A program made the position numbers and the translations under genes. Shown in pieces: positions 37,866 through 46,576 of a stretch of 64,000 nt of DNA. Origin of the DNA: Gammaproteobacteria bacterium. Lineage in GTDB: Bacteria; Pseudomonadota; Gammaproteobacteria; Xanthomonadales; Xanthomonadaceae. The notes below the pieces were generated by a model, which saw only the letters and a list, made by a program, of their open reading frames with translations, was not told the DNA's origin and did not search any database. The stretch spans positions 10,206 to 74,205 of the forward strand of contig JANXUD010000028.1 in the NCBI GenBank assembly GCA_025352045.1, written 5' to 3'. The stretch's first letter is position 1. Each line of letters opens with the position of its first letter.

Positions 37866-39890
37866 ATGCGCCAATCCAGGCTGTCGCTCGCCGTGCTGCT
37901 CGGCGCCTTCTCGCTCACCGCCACCGCCGGCCAGCTGCACGGCATCGATCCCGGCGACATCAACGGCAAGGGCGATGCCTGCACCGATTTCTTCGACTAC
38001 GCCAACGGCGCCTGGCGCGCGAAGAACACGATTCCGGACTACATGGACCGCTGGAGCCGCCGCTGGCAATCAGGTGAGGTCAACAAGGAACACGTGCGCG
38101 ACATCCTGACCGGCGTGTCGGCGCGCAGCGACTGGCCCGCGGGCAGCGCGCAGCAGCTGTCGGGCGATTTCTACGCGGGTTGCATGGACGAGGCGAAGGT
38201 GGATGCGCTCGGCCTGAAGCCCGTGCAGCCGCTGTTCGACGAGATCGCCGCGATCAAGTCGAAGGCGACGCTGGACGCCAGCATCCGGCACCTGGGTGCG
38301 ATCGGCATCGGCGCGCCGTTCGCCCTGTATTCCAACCAGGACCTGCACGACCCGGCCAATGTCATCGCACAGCTTGATGCCGGCCGGCTCGGCTTGCCCG
38401 ACCGCGACTACTACCTCAAGCCCGATGCCCGTTTCGTCGAGGCGCGCGCGAAGTACCTGGCCCACGTCGCGAAGATGCTCGAACTGTCCGGCGAGTCCGC
38501 GACGGCAGCCGGCGCCGATGCGAAAACCGTGATGGCCTTCGAGACCCGCCTCGCCGCGGCCACGCTGGACAATGTCGCGTCCCGCGATCCCGCCAACTCC
38601 GACCACAAGATGACGTTCGCGCAGTTGCAGGCCCTTGCCCCGGCCTACGACTGGGGCGCGCACTTCGACGCCGCGCACCTGCCGCGGATCGCTCTGAACG
38701 TGGCACAGCCGGCCTACCTGACCCAATTCAACAAGGAACTGGCGTCAACCCCGCTGGCGCAATGGCGCACCTGGTTGCACTGGACCGTGCTCAACAACGA
38801 GGCCGACCTGCTCTCCACGCCGCTGGTCATGCAGAACTTTGCCTTCTATGGCACCTACCTGAGCGGTGCGGCCCAAATCAAGCCGCGCGCAATCCGCTGC
38901 GCGCAGATGACCGACGCCGACCTCGGCGACGCCCTGGGCCACGCCTACGTCGAGAAATACTTTCCGCCCGAAGCCAAGGCGCGCATGCAGGACATGGTGA
39001 AGAACATCCTGCTGGCCATGCACGACACCATCCAGGGCCTGGACTGGATGACGCCGCAGACCAAGACCCGCGCGCTCGAGAAACTGGCCGGCTTCAACGC
39101 CAAGCTGGGCTACCCCGACACCTGGAAGAGCTACCACGGCGTCACCGTCAAGCGAGCTGACTTCTTCGGCGCCTCGACCTCCGCCGCGCGCTGGAACGTG
39201 GCCGACGACCTGTCCCAGGTCGGCAAGTCGGTGGACCGCACGCGCTGGGGCATGACGCCGCCGACATCGAACGCCTATTACAGTGCCTCGCTCAACGAGA
39301 TCGTGTTCCCGGCCGGCATCCTGCAGCCGCCAGCCTTCGACGTGAACGCCACCGACGCCGTCAACTATGGCGGCATCGGCGTGGTGATCGGGCACGAGAT
39401 CAGCCACGGCTTCGACGACCAGGGCGCCAAGTTCGACGCCAAGGGCCGGCTCGAGAACTGGTGGACGCCCGAGGACCACGCCAAGTTCGAGGCGCGCGGC
39501 GCCTGCGTCGTGAAGCAGTTCGACGGCTACTTCATCGAGCCGGGCATCCACCACAACGGCAAGCTGGTGCTGGGCGAGTCGATCGGCGACCTGGGCGGCG
39601 CCAAGCTGGCGTACCGCGCCTACCAGAAGTCGCGCGAGGGCAAGGGCCCGGAGCCGACCATCGACGGCTTCACGCCGGAGCAGCAGTTCTTCCTGGCCTG
39701 GGGCCAATGGCGCGGCGATGAAACGCGGCCGGCCACGCAGCGCACGATGGTGCAGACCGATCCGCATCCGGTTGCCAAGTTCCGCGTCAACGGGCCGCTG
39801 TCGAACCTGCCCGAGTTCCAGGCCGCCTTCCACTGCAAGCCCGACGCCCCGATGGTGCGCCCGGCCGCCGACCGCTGCGAGGTGTGGTGA
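37866..39890 (+). CDS. M13 family metallopeptidase (second copy), secreted
   Basis: Signal peptide MRQSRLSLAVLLGAF. NAYY, HEISHGFDDQGAKFD, GESIGDLGG, and a C-terminal CEVW. Confidence 0.92.
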   Translation: MRQSRLSLAVLLGAFSLTATAGQLHGIDPGDINGKGDACTDFFDYANGAWRAKNTIPDYMDRWSRRWQSGEVNKEHVRDILTGVSARSDWPAGSAQQLSGDFYAGCMDEAKVDALGLKPVQPLFDEIAAIKSKATLDASIRHLGAIGIGAPFALYSNQDLHDPANVIAQLDAGRLGLPDRDYYLKPDARFVEARAKYLAHVAKMLELSGESATAAGADAKTVMAFETRLAAATLDNVASRDPANSDHKMTFAQLQALAPAYDWGAHFDAAHLPRIALNVAQPAYLTQFNKELASTPLAQWRTWLHWTVLNNEADLLSTPLVMQNFAFYGTYLSGAAQIKPRAIRCAQMTDADLGDALGHAYVEKYFPPEAKARMQDMVKNILLAMHDTIQGLDWMTPQTKTRALEKLAGFNAKLGYPDTWKSYHGVTVKRADFFGASTSAARWNVADDLSQVGKSVDRTRWGMTPPTSNAYYSASLNEIVFPAGILQPPAFDVNATDAVNYGGIGVVIGHEISHGFDDQGAKFDAKGRLENWWTPEDHAKFEARGACVVKQFDGYFIEPGIHHNGKLVLGESIGDLGGAKLAYRAYQKSREGKGPEPTIDGFTPEQQFFLAWGQWRGDETRPATQRTMVQTDPHPVAKFRVNGPLSNLPEFQAAFHCKPDAPMVRPAADRCEVW

Positions 39891-40696
39891 TGCGCGCCCT
39901 GCACCCGGCGTGGCTGCTGGTTCCGCTCGCGATCACGGCGGCGACGGCACAGGCAAGCAACCCGTTGGCTGCCCAGTCCCTGCGACCCGTCGCGCCCGCC
40001 GCAACCGTGCTGCAGCGTCCGATGCTTCGCCTGGCGCAACCCGTCGGCAGCCCTGCGTCCGACTTGCAGGGTCAGAACGCGGTCATCGACGGGGCGCTGG
40101 CGCATTTCGCCGCCGCCAACGCAGGCAATCCCGGCGTCGCCGCCGCGCTGGAGGCCGCCGCCGCCGACCTGTTGCGCAATCCCGGCGCCTACCTCAACGG
40201 CGACGGATCGGTGAACAAGAATGCGATGCAGGGCCTGGTCGGCAAGCAGTTCCAGGACGCGGGTCCGGTGTCGTTGCCGTCGGCCGGTGGTGGCGAGGCC
40301 GGCTTTCCCAACCTCGGCGCCGCGGGCGATGACGACATCGCCGCGCTGGCGACGATCGTGATGATGGAGGCTGCCAAGTCCTCGCGCGATGACCTGAAGG
40401 CCGTCATGGACGCAGTGAAAGCGACCAACGACAAGAAGGCCGCCCAGCGCGACGCGATGCGCGCCAGGACGCAGGCCATGCAGGACGTGAAGGACGCAAA
40501 GGGCGCGGAGGATGCGAAGAAGAATGCGCAGGCCGGCGCGCAGGTCGACAAGGACTCCCTGTCGGACATGGGCGAGCAGGACCAGCTCCGCCTGCAGATG
40601 GCGATGGACCGGTATTCGAAAGCCATGGCGACCCTGTCCAATCTCATGCAGAAAAACAGCGACACCTCCAGCGCGATCATCGGCAACATGAAGTAG
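39890..40696 (+). CDS. secreted Ala/Gly-rich helical protein, unknown function
   Basis: The ATG at 39890 shares its A with the M13 stop TGA (GTG 39884 is an alternative). Sec signal MRALHPAWLLVPLAITAATAQA. The C-terminus is charged and helical, ending LSNLMQKNSDTSSAIIGNMK. Confidence 0.7.
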   Translation: MRALHPAWLLVPLAITAATAQASNPLAAQSLRPVAPAATVLQRPMLRLAQPVGSPASDLQGQNAVIDGALAHFAAANAGNPGVAAALEAAAADLLRNPGAYLNGDGSVNKNAMQGLVGKQFQDAGPVSLPSAGGGEAGFPNLGAAGDDDIAALATIVMMEAAKSSRDDLKAVMDAVKATNDKKAAQRDAMRARTQAMQDVKDAKGAEDAKKNAQAGAQVDKDSLSDMGEQDQLRLQMAMDRYSKAMATLSNLMQKNSDTSSAIIGNMK

Positions 40697-41069
40697 GTTT
40701 CCAGCGCCCTCGTCCATTGCACTCGCTCTGTCCCTGGTCGCGGCGACGCCCGCCCTCGCCGGCAATGGCACGCCCGCCAACATAGCCTCGGCCAATGTCC
40801 TGACCCTCGCCGTTTACGAGCGACGCACCCTACGGCACGACACCGGCCGACACTTCGGAGCTCGAGGCCACGCCCGCCTTCATCGCCTTGGTGAATGCCG
40901 ATCCGGCGGTGGACCTGGTCGTGCACGTCGGCGATATCCATCCGGCAAGCAGTACTGTACCGAGGCCTACAGCCGCGTCGGCGAGGCGCTGACGATCCGA
41001 ACACTTCGGCCCACGCCCACATCATCCTCACGCGTTTCATGCCGGAAGTGCGCAGCTGCCACGACCTGA
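40692..41069 (+). pseudogene. frameshifted, truncated calcineurin-like metallophosphoesterase remnant
   Basis: No start codon. A signal-peptide-like SSIALALSLVAATPALA reads in one frame. DAPYGTTPADTSELEATPAFIALVNADPAVDLVVHVGDIH reads in a second frame, with a shift near 40818. SGKQYCTEAY returns to the first frame, with a shift near 40942. Similarity is lost after that. Confidence 0.55.
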
Positions 41070-41307
41070 TGCGCGCGCACAAGCTGGGGTTCAAGGCCGC
41101 TGCCTGATCCAACCGCGGAAACCAGCGCCCGTCCGGTTAGCGGGGCGGGCGTTTGCGCGCCATCGGCATGGCTCAACGCCGCGTCTGCTGCCAGCAGCTG
41201 TCGACTGCCTGAACGCGTTTCGGCAAGCGGGCCTGGTTAAGGATTCGTAGGAGATCGCGCTCGTACTGTTGGCCTGCGCCCAATCACGGACGACAGGAGC
41301 GACCCTC

Positions 41308-41574
41308 ATGACCTACGCCAGCACCAGTGTTGACCGCCGGGCCGAGTACTACGCCCGCTCCGCCGCCGTGATCGCGGCCGATCCGCTCGACTTCTACACC
41401 CGCGCCGAGCGCGGCCGTCGCTTCCAGGCCAGCAGGCAGTGGATGGGCGTGCGTCCGCCGCAGTCCAACTCGGTCGTGCACTACCTGAGCGATGCGCGCC
41501 GCGACGCCTTTGCCCCACTTCCCAGCGACGCGGTTGCGCTGCTGCCGTTCCGGCGTAGCGCCGCCGCGCAGTAA
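41308..41574 (+). CDS. hypothetical small protein (88 aa)
   Basis: ATG 41308 is preceded by AGGAG (41293-41297). I recognise no family. Confidence 0.55.
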   Translation: MTYASTSVDRRAEYYARSAAVIAADPLDFYTRAERGRRFQASRQWMGVRPPQSNSVVHYLSDARRDAFAPLPSDAVALLPFRRSAAAQ

Positions 41575-41620
41575 CCCGCGTGCGACGCCGGGGCCGCGCC
41601 GTTGCGCGCCAGGCCCCGGA

Positions 41621-43054
41621 TCAGTGTCCCCGGCTATACAGATCGATGATGTCGCTGATCGCGTCGCGGCAGACCTGGCAGAAGCTGTCGGCGCGGCTGA
41701 ACATGATGCATTGCATCTGCGGCCGGTAATACCCGGTCGCCTCGTAATTCGCGCCCTCGAAGGCGCCCACCGCGCGCCGGTAGGGGCTGCGGTCGAACAA
41801 CTCCCCTTCATGCGCCTGCTCGGTGCGGAACAGCGTGGTCATTTCCGATTCCGGCCGGCGATCCTTGCGCAACTGCTGGCGCGTGGCCTGCACCGTGCGT
41901 TCATAGGCCTCGAACTCGGCCTTCGACCAGGGGGTGGGGATCGGCGTCCCCCCGGTCACGCGCTTGCTCCACTTCACCGCGGCGGGATCGTGCAAGGCCG
42001 TCACGTTGGGCTCCCACGGCTCCACGCGCACGGCGCCGGCAGGCGCATAGGCGACCTCCGAGGTGTAGTACTCGTCCGCCAGGCCGGCGAAGTGGTGGCC
42101 GAACTCGTGCACGAACAGGTAGTTGGCCCAGTCGCTGTCGGCCGCCGCGGTGCTGAATTCGCCGAAGATCCCGCCGCCGCCATAGGTTTGGCCATTGAAC
42201 AGGATCTCGACGAACTCGTAGGGTGCGTACTGGGCCAGGTCGCGGAAGGCGCGATTGTCCAGGGTCAGGGCATAGCGCTCGCTGCCGAAGATGTCGTAGC
42301 GCAGGCCAACGGCGCTGGCACGATGGATGCCGGTCGAGGGCCGGCTGACTCCCGACACCGGCACCGGCACGGTCAGGGCCCAGACGTTGAAATCGCCGGC
42401 CCGCTCCTTGAACGGTGACACCGTGAACAGGTGCGCGCTGAGCGCCCTGGCCTGGCGCTCGAACTTGTCCAGTTCGTTCGCCGCATAGCCGTCGCCCAGG
42501 ATCAGCAAGTCCACCTTGGTCGCGGAGTCCCCGCTGTGGTGGATCGGAATCAATTTCCCGCGTGCGGGCCAGGCGACGCGCTCGACCGCCATGTCGCCGG
42601 GATCGATGCGCACGGTCCACAGCGGCGCGAAGGCATTGTTGGCATCGCGGCCGAGCACGCGCACGTCCACCGGCCTCGCAGGCATCGGGAAGCGCAGCGA
42701 TTCCTGGAAGCTGCGGCGCATGCCCTTGGCCTCGTCGGTGCTGCGCCATTCGCCGAAGATCGTGCTGTAGCCACGCGAATACAGGACGTTGCCGCTGGCC
42801 GGATCCACGACCTCGAACTTGTTGTTGCCGCGGTTGGTGTCGTCGATCGGACGCTCGGGGTTTCCCGGCCATGGCAGCGGTTCGACCACCACGCGGTCCA
42901 GCGCGAACGTCTCCGTACTGGCGTCGCCCGCGTGCTGGATGTCCACCCTCAGAGTGGCGGGCGCGGCGGCCGGCTTCAGCGAGGCTGATGCCGGCGAGGT
43001 GGTTGGCGACGATGCCGAGGCGATGGCCAGCAGGGCGGTGAGGACGAAGGACAT
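41621..43054 (-). CDS. M64-family (IgA-peptidase-like) zinc metallopeptidase, secreted
   Basis: LFVHEFGHHFAGLADEYY (HExxH...E), VDLLILGDGY, and a signal peptide from MSFVLTALLAIASA (ATG 43054). Confidence 0.88.
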   Translation of the reverse strand: MSFVLTALLAIASASSPTTSPASASLKPAAAPATLRVDIQHAGDASTETFALDRVVVEPLPWPGNPERPIDDTNRGNNKFEVVDPASGNVLYSRGYSTIFGEWRSTDEAKGMRRSFQESLRFPMPARPVDVRVLGRDANNAFAPLWTVRIDPGDMAVERVAWPARGKLIPIHHSGDSATKVDLLILGDGYAANELDKFERQARALSAHLFTVSPFKERAGDFNVWALTVPVPVSGVSRPSTGIHRASAVGLRYDIFGSERYALTLDNRAFRDLAQYAPYEFVEILFNGQTYGGGGIFGEFSTAAADSDWANYLFVHEFGHHFAGLADEYYTSEVAYAPAGAVRVEPWEPNVTALHDPAAVKWSKRVTGGTPIPTPWSKAEFEAYERTVQATRQQLRKDRRPESEMTTLFRTEQAHEGELFDRSPYRRAVGAFEGANYEATGYYRPQMQCIMFSRADSFCQVCRDAISDIIDLYSRGH

Positions 43055-43176
43055 GCGCAGCACTCCAGTCGGGGGCGTCGACCCGGGGCGGGCCCTTGCC
43101 CGCCGGGGTCGTACGACGCAGGAAAGCACTCCTGAGCGCAAAAGCCAAGCCCTGCCGGACCGGTACCGCGCCCGGA

Positions 43177-43833
43177 TCAGAACTTCGCCGGGAACTGCTT
43201 GGCCAGGGCCCCGGTGAGCGCATCGGCGATGGTGAACATGTGCACGCGCATCGCCGCCCAGGTCTTCGCCTCGGCCGCATCGTCGCCGCGCGCCAATTGC
43301 TGGATCTGCGCGATGTGGTGCGCGCCGTGCGCCGACAGCAGCCCGACCAGGGTCGCCTCCGGCAGGTTGGGGTTGGCCTTGGCCAGGAAAGCCGCGATGT
43401 CCCTTGCGTTGGCGAGCAGCGTCGTCGTCGCCGCGGCCTGGCCCTTCGCGTCATTGGCGAACGTGGCGTCGGAATACGCCTTCACCGCGCCCCAGTGCCC
43501 TCCCAGCAGGCTGAGCATGCGGTCGCCTGCGGGCTTGCCGTAGAAGCTTCCCACCGCGCCGGCGATCGAAGTTGCGTTGGCGATGACTTGGGCGGTCGCA
43601 ACCTTCTGCGCGTTCGCATCGTGCGCGTGGCTGGCGACGACATAGTTGCGGATCCAGAACACGTGCTCGACCCACAGGTCGCGCATCGCGGCCTGGGTCG
43701 CGGCCTGCTTGGGCGAGACCGCTGCCGCCGCGGTGGCCGCTGGAGCCGTGGCGTCATGGCCTTCGTGTGCGAAGGCGGCGGGAGTGGCCGATAGCGCGGC
43801 CAGCAGCGCCAATGCGGGGGATGGGAATTTCAT
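43177..43833 (-). CDS. secreted His-rich helical protein, unknown function
   Basis: Signal peptide MKFPSPALALLAALSATPAAFA followed by HEGHD. There are repeated His pairs (SHAHD, GGHWG, SAHGAHH). Confidence 0.7.
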   Translation of the reverse strand: MKFPSPALALLAALSATPAAFAHEGHDATAPAATAAAAVSPKQAATQAAMRDLWVEHVFWIRNYVVASHAHDANAQKVATAQVIANATSIAGAVGSFYGKPAGDRMLSLLGGHWGAVKAYSDATFANDAKGQAAATTTLLANARDIAAFLAKANPNLPEATLVGLLSAHGAHHIAQIQQLARGDDAAEAKTWAAMRVHMFTIADALTGALAKQFPAKF

Positions 43834-43948
43834 GGACTCTCTCCGAAGGATGCGTCGCCGCGGTCGCGGCGCGTGGAGGGGACCATAGCGATCGCAACAT
43901 GGCGACGGAATCCACCCATGTGCAAAGGCCCTGCGGCGCCTGCGCTGC

Positions 43949-44584
43949 TCAGGACTTGCGGACGCGGAACCGGCATACGTGGTCGCCGCGCAACATGCAC
44001 GCCACCTGCTGCACGTTCTCGCCGCTCACCGCCTCGAGGAAGGCCAGGTCGAACTTGCACACCTGCGGGTTCTGCCGGGCCAGCGCGTGGAAAACGCAGT
44101 TGAACGCCTCGACCTGCCACTCGCCGCCATTGCGCGCCGGCACCGCCTCGTAGCCGAGCGCATCGAGCCGCTCCGCCAGGGCGCGCGACATGCCCTCCTC
44201 GCCCGGCGCGGGCGCCAGCGGCGCCTGCGAGGCGGCGACACTGCGGCCCAGGTCTTCCAGCATGCCCCCGACCGCCGCCTCGCCAAGCCGCGCACCCACC
44301 GAGGACAGCAAAGCGCCGGCAATGGCGTCGTAATTACGCGGGAACAATTCGCGCCCGATGGCCGTGATCGCATAGCGCGACTGCGGCCGCCCGCCCGTGG
44401 CGATCGACTCGACGCGCTCGACATATCGTTGCGCGGTCAGCGCCGTCAGGTGCTGGCGCACCGCGTTGTGCGTCACCTTGAGCCGCAGGCAGAGGTCCTC
44501 GACGGTGCAACCGGGCTGCGACATCAGCAGTTGCCGCAGCAGTCGCTGCTGGGTGCCACCAAGGCTGAGCAAGCCATGCGCCAT
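43949..44584 (-). CDS. winged-helix transcriptional regulator with C-terminal four-Cys motif (SufR/ArsR-like)
   Basis: 211-aa tail of ORF 43949..44773, from MAHGLLSLGG. wHTH region (TVEDLCLRLKVTHNAVRQHLTAL). C-terminal C-x12-C-x19-C-x7-C. Confidence 0.8.
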   Translation of the reverse strand: MAHGLLSLGGTQQRLLRQLLMSQPGCTVEDLCLRLKVTHNAVRQHLTALTAQRYVERVESIATGGRPQSRYAITAIGRELFPRNYDAIAGALLSSVGARLGEAAVGGMLEDLGRSVAASQAPLAPAPGEEGMSRALAERLDALGYEAVPARNGGEWQVEAFNCVFHALARQNPQVCKFDLAFLEAVSGENVQQVACMLRGDHVCRFRVRKS

Positions 44585-44865
44585 GGTCCGAACCTCGTCG
44601 CGGCTGGGGGACGCTACCCTGGCCCCGAACGCAGGGTAAGGCAAGGCCCGCATGTGCAAAGTCGCACCAGGCCGTGGACCCTCGCGGCTGGAGGGCGTGC
44701 CTGGTGTCCGAAACCGACCTCCCGCTGAACGGGTTCCGCGCTGGCTTGCTGGCAGCTGTCTCGGCCCGTGCAAACGGCAGCAAACGTGACCGCGTCCATA
44801 TTGCGATTTGCCCGGCAGGTCGCATGATTGCCTCGTGCCAATGGTGGCGCGGAAAGAGAGAACCC

Positions 44866-45543
44866 ATGAACAAGACCCTTGCAGTGACTGCGGCCCTGGT
44901 GCTTGCCGGCGCGTCCAGCGTTGCCAGCGCCCAGTACTACGGTGGTGGCTACGCCGGTAGCGGTTACTTCGGCGGCAACACCAGCAGCCGTTACGACGAT
45001 CGCTACGACAACCGCTATGCCTACGACAATTGCAGTGGCCGCTCGGGATACCGCGACGATTCGGGGACGAAGGTCGCGGGCGCCCTGATCGGCGCAGCGC
45101 TCGGCAGCCAGTTCGGCAACAACCGCAATGCCCGGGCAGGTGGCGCCGTCGCCGGCGCGGCCATTGGCTATGCCATTGCCGACAGCGCGAACAACGGGCA
45201 CTGCGACAGCCGCTATCGCCGCAGCAGCCGCTACGACCATCGCTATGACAACCGCTACGGCTACGCCTACAACGGCGGCTACGATAGCGCGTATGGCAAT
45301 GACGGTTACTACGACGACTACGACGGCGCGTACAACAGCGCCTACGGCAGCGGCTACGACAACAGCGGTTACTACAGCGGCTACAACAGCGCCTATGGCG
45401 GCGGTTACAACGGTTACAACGGCTACAACGGCTACAGCAATGGCGGGATCACGGTCACCATCGGCAGTGGCAGCCGCGGCTACGGAGGCTACGGCGGCCG
45501 TTTCTACGGCTACGACCGCTACGGCCGGCCGATCTACCGCTAA
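44866..45543 (+). CDS. glycine-zipper (17-kDa-antigen-like) protein with Tyr/Gly/Asn/Asp-rich tails
   Basis: Signal peptide MNKTLAVTAALVLAGASSVASA. Glycine zipper GALIGAALGSQFG...GGAVAGAAIGYAIA. The flanks are low-complexity (RYDNRY, GYNGYNGYNGY). Confidence 0.75.
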   Translation: MNKTLAVTAALVLAGASSVASAQYYGGGYAGSGYFGGNTSSRYDDRYDNRYAYDNCSGRSGYRDDSGTKVAGALIGAALGSQFGNNRNARAGGAVAGAAIGYAIADSANNGHCDSRYRRSSRYDHRYDNRYGYAYNGGYDSAYGNDGYYDDYDGAYNSAYGSGYDNSGYYSGYNSAYGGGYNGYNGYNGYSNGGITVTIGSGSRGYGGYGGRFYGYDRYGRPIYR

Positions 45544-45563
45544 GCTTTGCTCCACTTGTACGG

Positions 45564-45590
45564 AAGGGCTCTTCGGGGCCCTTTTTTTTT
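45564..45590 (+). terminator. Rho-independent terminator
   Basis: AAGGGC (45564-45569) pairs with GCCCTT (45578-45583), followed by a run of nine T ending at 45590. Confidence 0.75.
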
Positions 45591-45597
45591 ACCCGGC

Positions 45598-46473
45598 ATG
45601 CTGTCGTACCATGGCGCGACTCCCGGGGGGCAGGATGGACTTCGAGCGCGCTGGGCCGCACCCGGCAGGGGATGGCTGAGGCATGTCTGCCCCGCCGCCG
45701 GACGCCACCTCCCGGCCATGGGCGGCCTGTGCGAAGACCTTGCGGCCTGGCGCAGAATCGGCGCGGACAACGATACTTTGATCGCCAGCAACATCAGCAC
45801 GGCTTTCGTGCGGCAGGACGTTGCGCTCCTGGCCAAAATGCTTTCGGAACTGCCCGCGCACGCACGCCTACCCGCGCCATGCGAGGCCGCTCTGGGGCCG
45901 ACGACCGATCGGGAGCTCAACGCCTGTCCTGCGATGCGCCAAGAATTCAGGTATTCCCTGGCAGCGTTCGACGGCCCCCGGCTTCCTGGTGAAACCACGC
46001 TCCGCGAACGAATTGTCTTGCGTACCGTGGACCGCCGGCAGTTGATCGCCCGAAGTGCCTTGCAGTCGGCGGTGTTCTGCACTCCACGCGCACTCAGCCA
46101 GGCGCGCGCCGACCACTCCTTGCATGCGATGGCCGTGGCCGAGCCCGCGACGTGCTCCGCGTTCCGCGTCGCGATCGATCCGTTCGGTTGCCTGCTTGTG
46201 GAGATCCGAGGCGAGGATCCGTTGTCCCGCTACGTGGATCGTCGCATCGACCAGGCTGCCGCCTTGTCGCTGTTGCGAACCGTCATCTGGCTGCGCCGCC
46301 AGCCCGGTGGGCCCGACGCCTGGCCCCTTGCGTTGGAGAGACGGCCGGGGTCGCTCGGCCTGAGGCGCGCGCCGCGACTGTCGCCGGACGGCAAGCTTGT
46401 TTCAATTTCCTTGCTGTACGCGGGCAAGGGCGAGCGGCTGGCGTTGCCGATCGGTCCGCCCGGGGCTGACTGA
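45598..46473 (+). CDS. hypothetical protein (orphan)
   Basis: Long ORF 45547..46473. The first ATG after the terminator is 45598, and ATG 45718 is an equally plausible start. I recognise no motif, and codon choice is less GC3-biased than in the neighbouring genes. Confidence 0.5.
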   Translation: MLSYHGATPGGQDGLRARWAAPGRGWLRHVCPAAGRHLPAMGGLCEDLAAWRRIGADNDTLIASNISTAFVRQDVALLAKMLSELPAHARLPAPCEAALGPTTDRELNACPAMRQEFRYSLAAFDGPRLPGETTLRERIVLRTVDRRQLIARSALQSAVFCTPRALSQARADHSLHAMAVAEPATCSAFRVAIDPFGCLLVEIRGEDPLSRYVDRRIDQAAALSLLRTVIWLRRQPGGPDAWPLALERRPGSLGLRRAPRLSPDGKLVSISLLYAGKGERLALPIGPPGAD

Positions 46474-46576
46474 GCCACTGCGTGCGGGCCGCGCTGCGGC
46501 GGTTCGCGTGCTAGTCGATCGGCCAGGGCATCTCGGCAGGCAGGATCTCCGGCGCCGGCGGCGCGCGTGCCGGCTC

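Noticed and set aside
41125-41155. Hairpin CGCCCG...CGGGCG followed by TTTG after the pseudogene
   Set aside because: The stem is only 6-7 bp with a 14-nt loop and a weak T-tract. It is plausible as a relic terminator but not strong enough to list as a feature.
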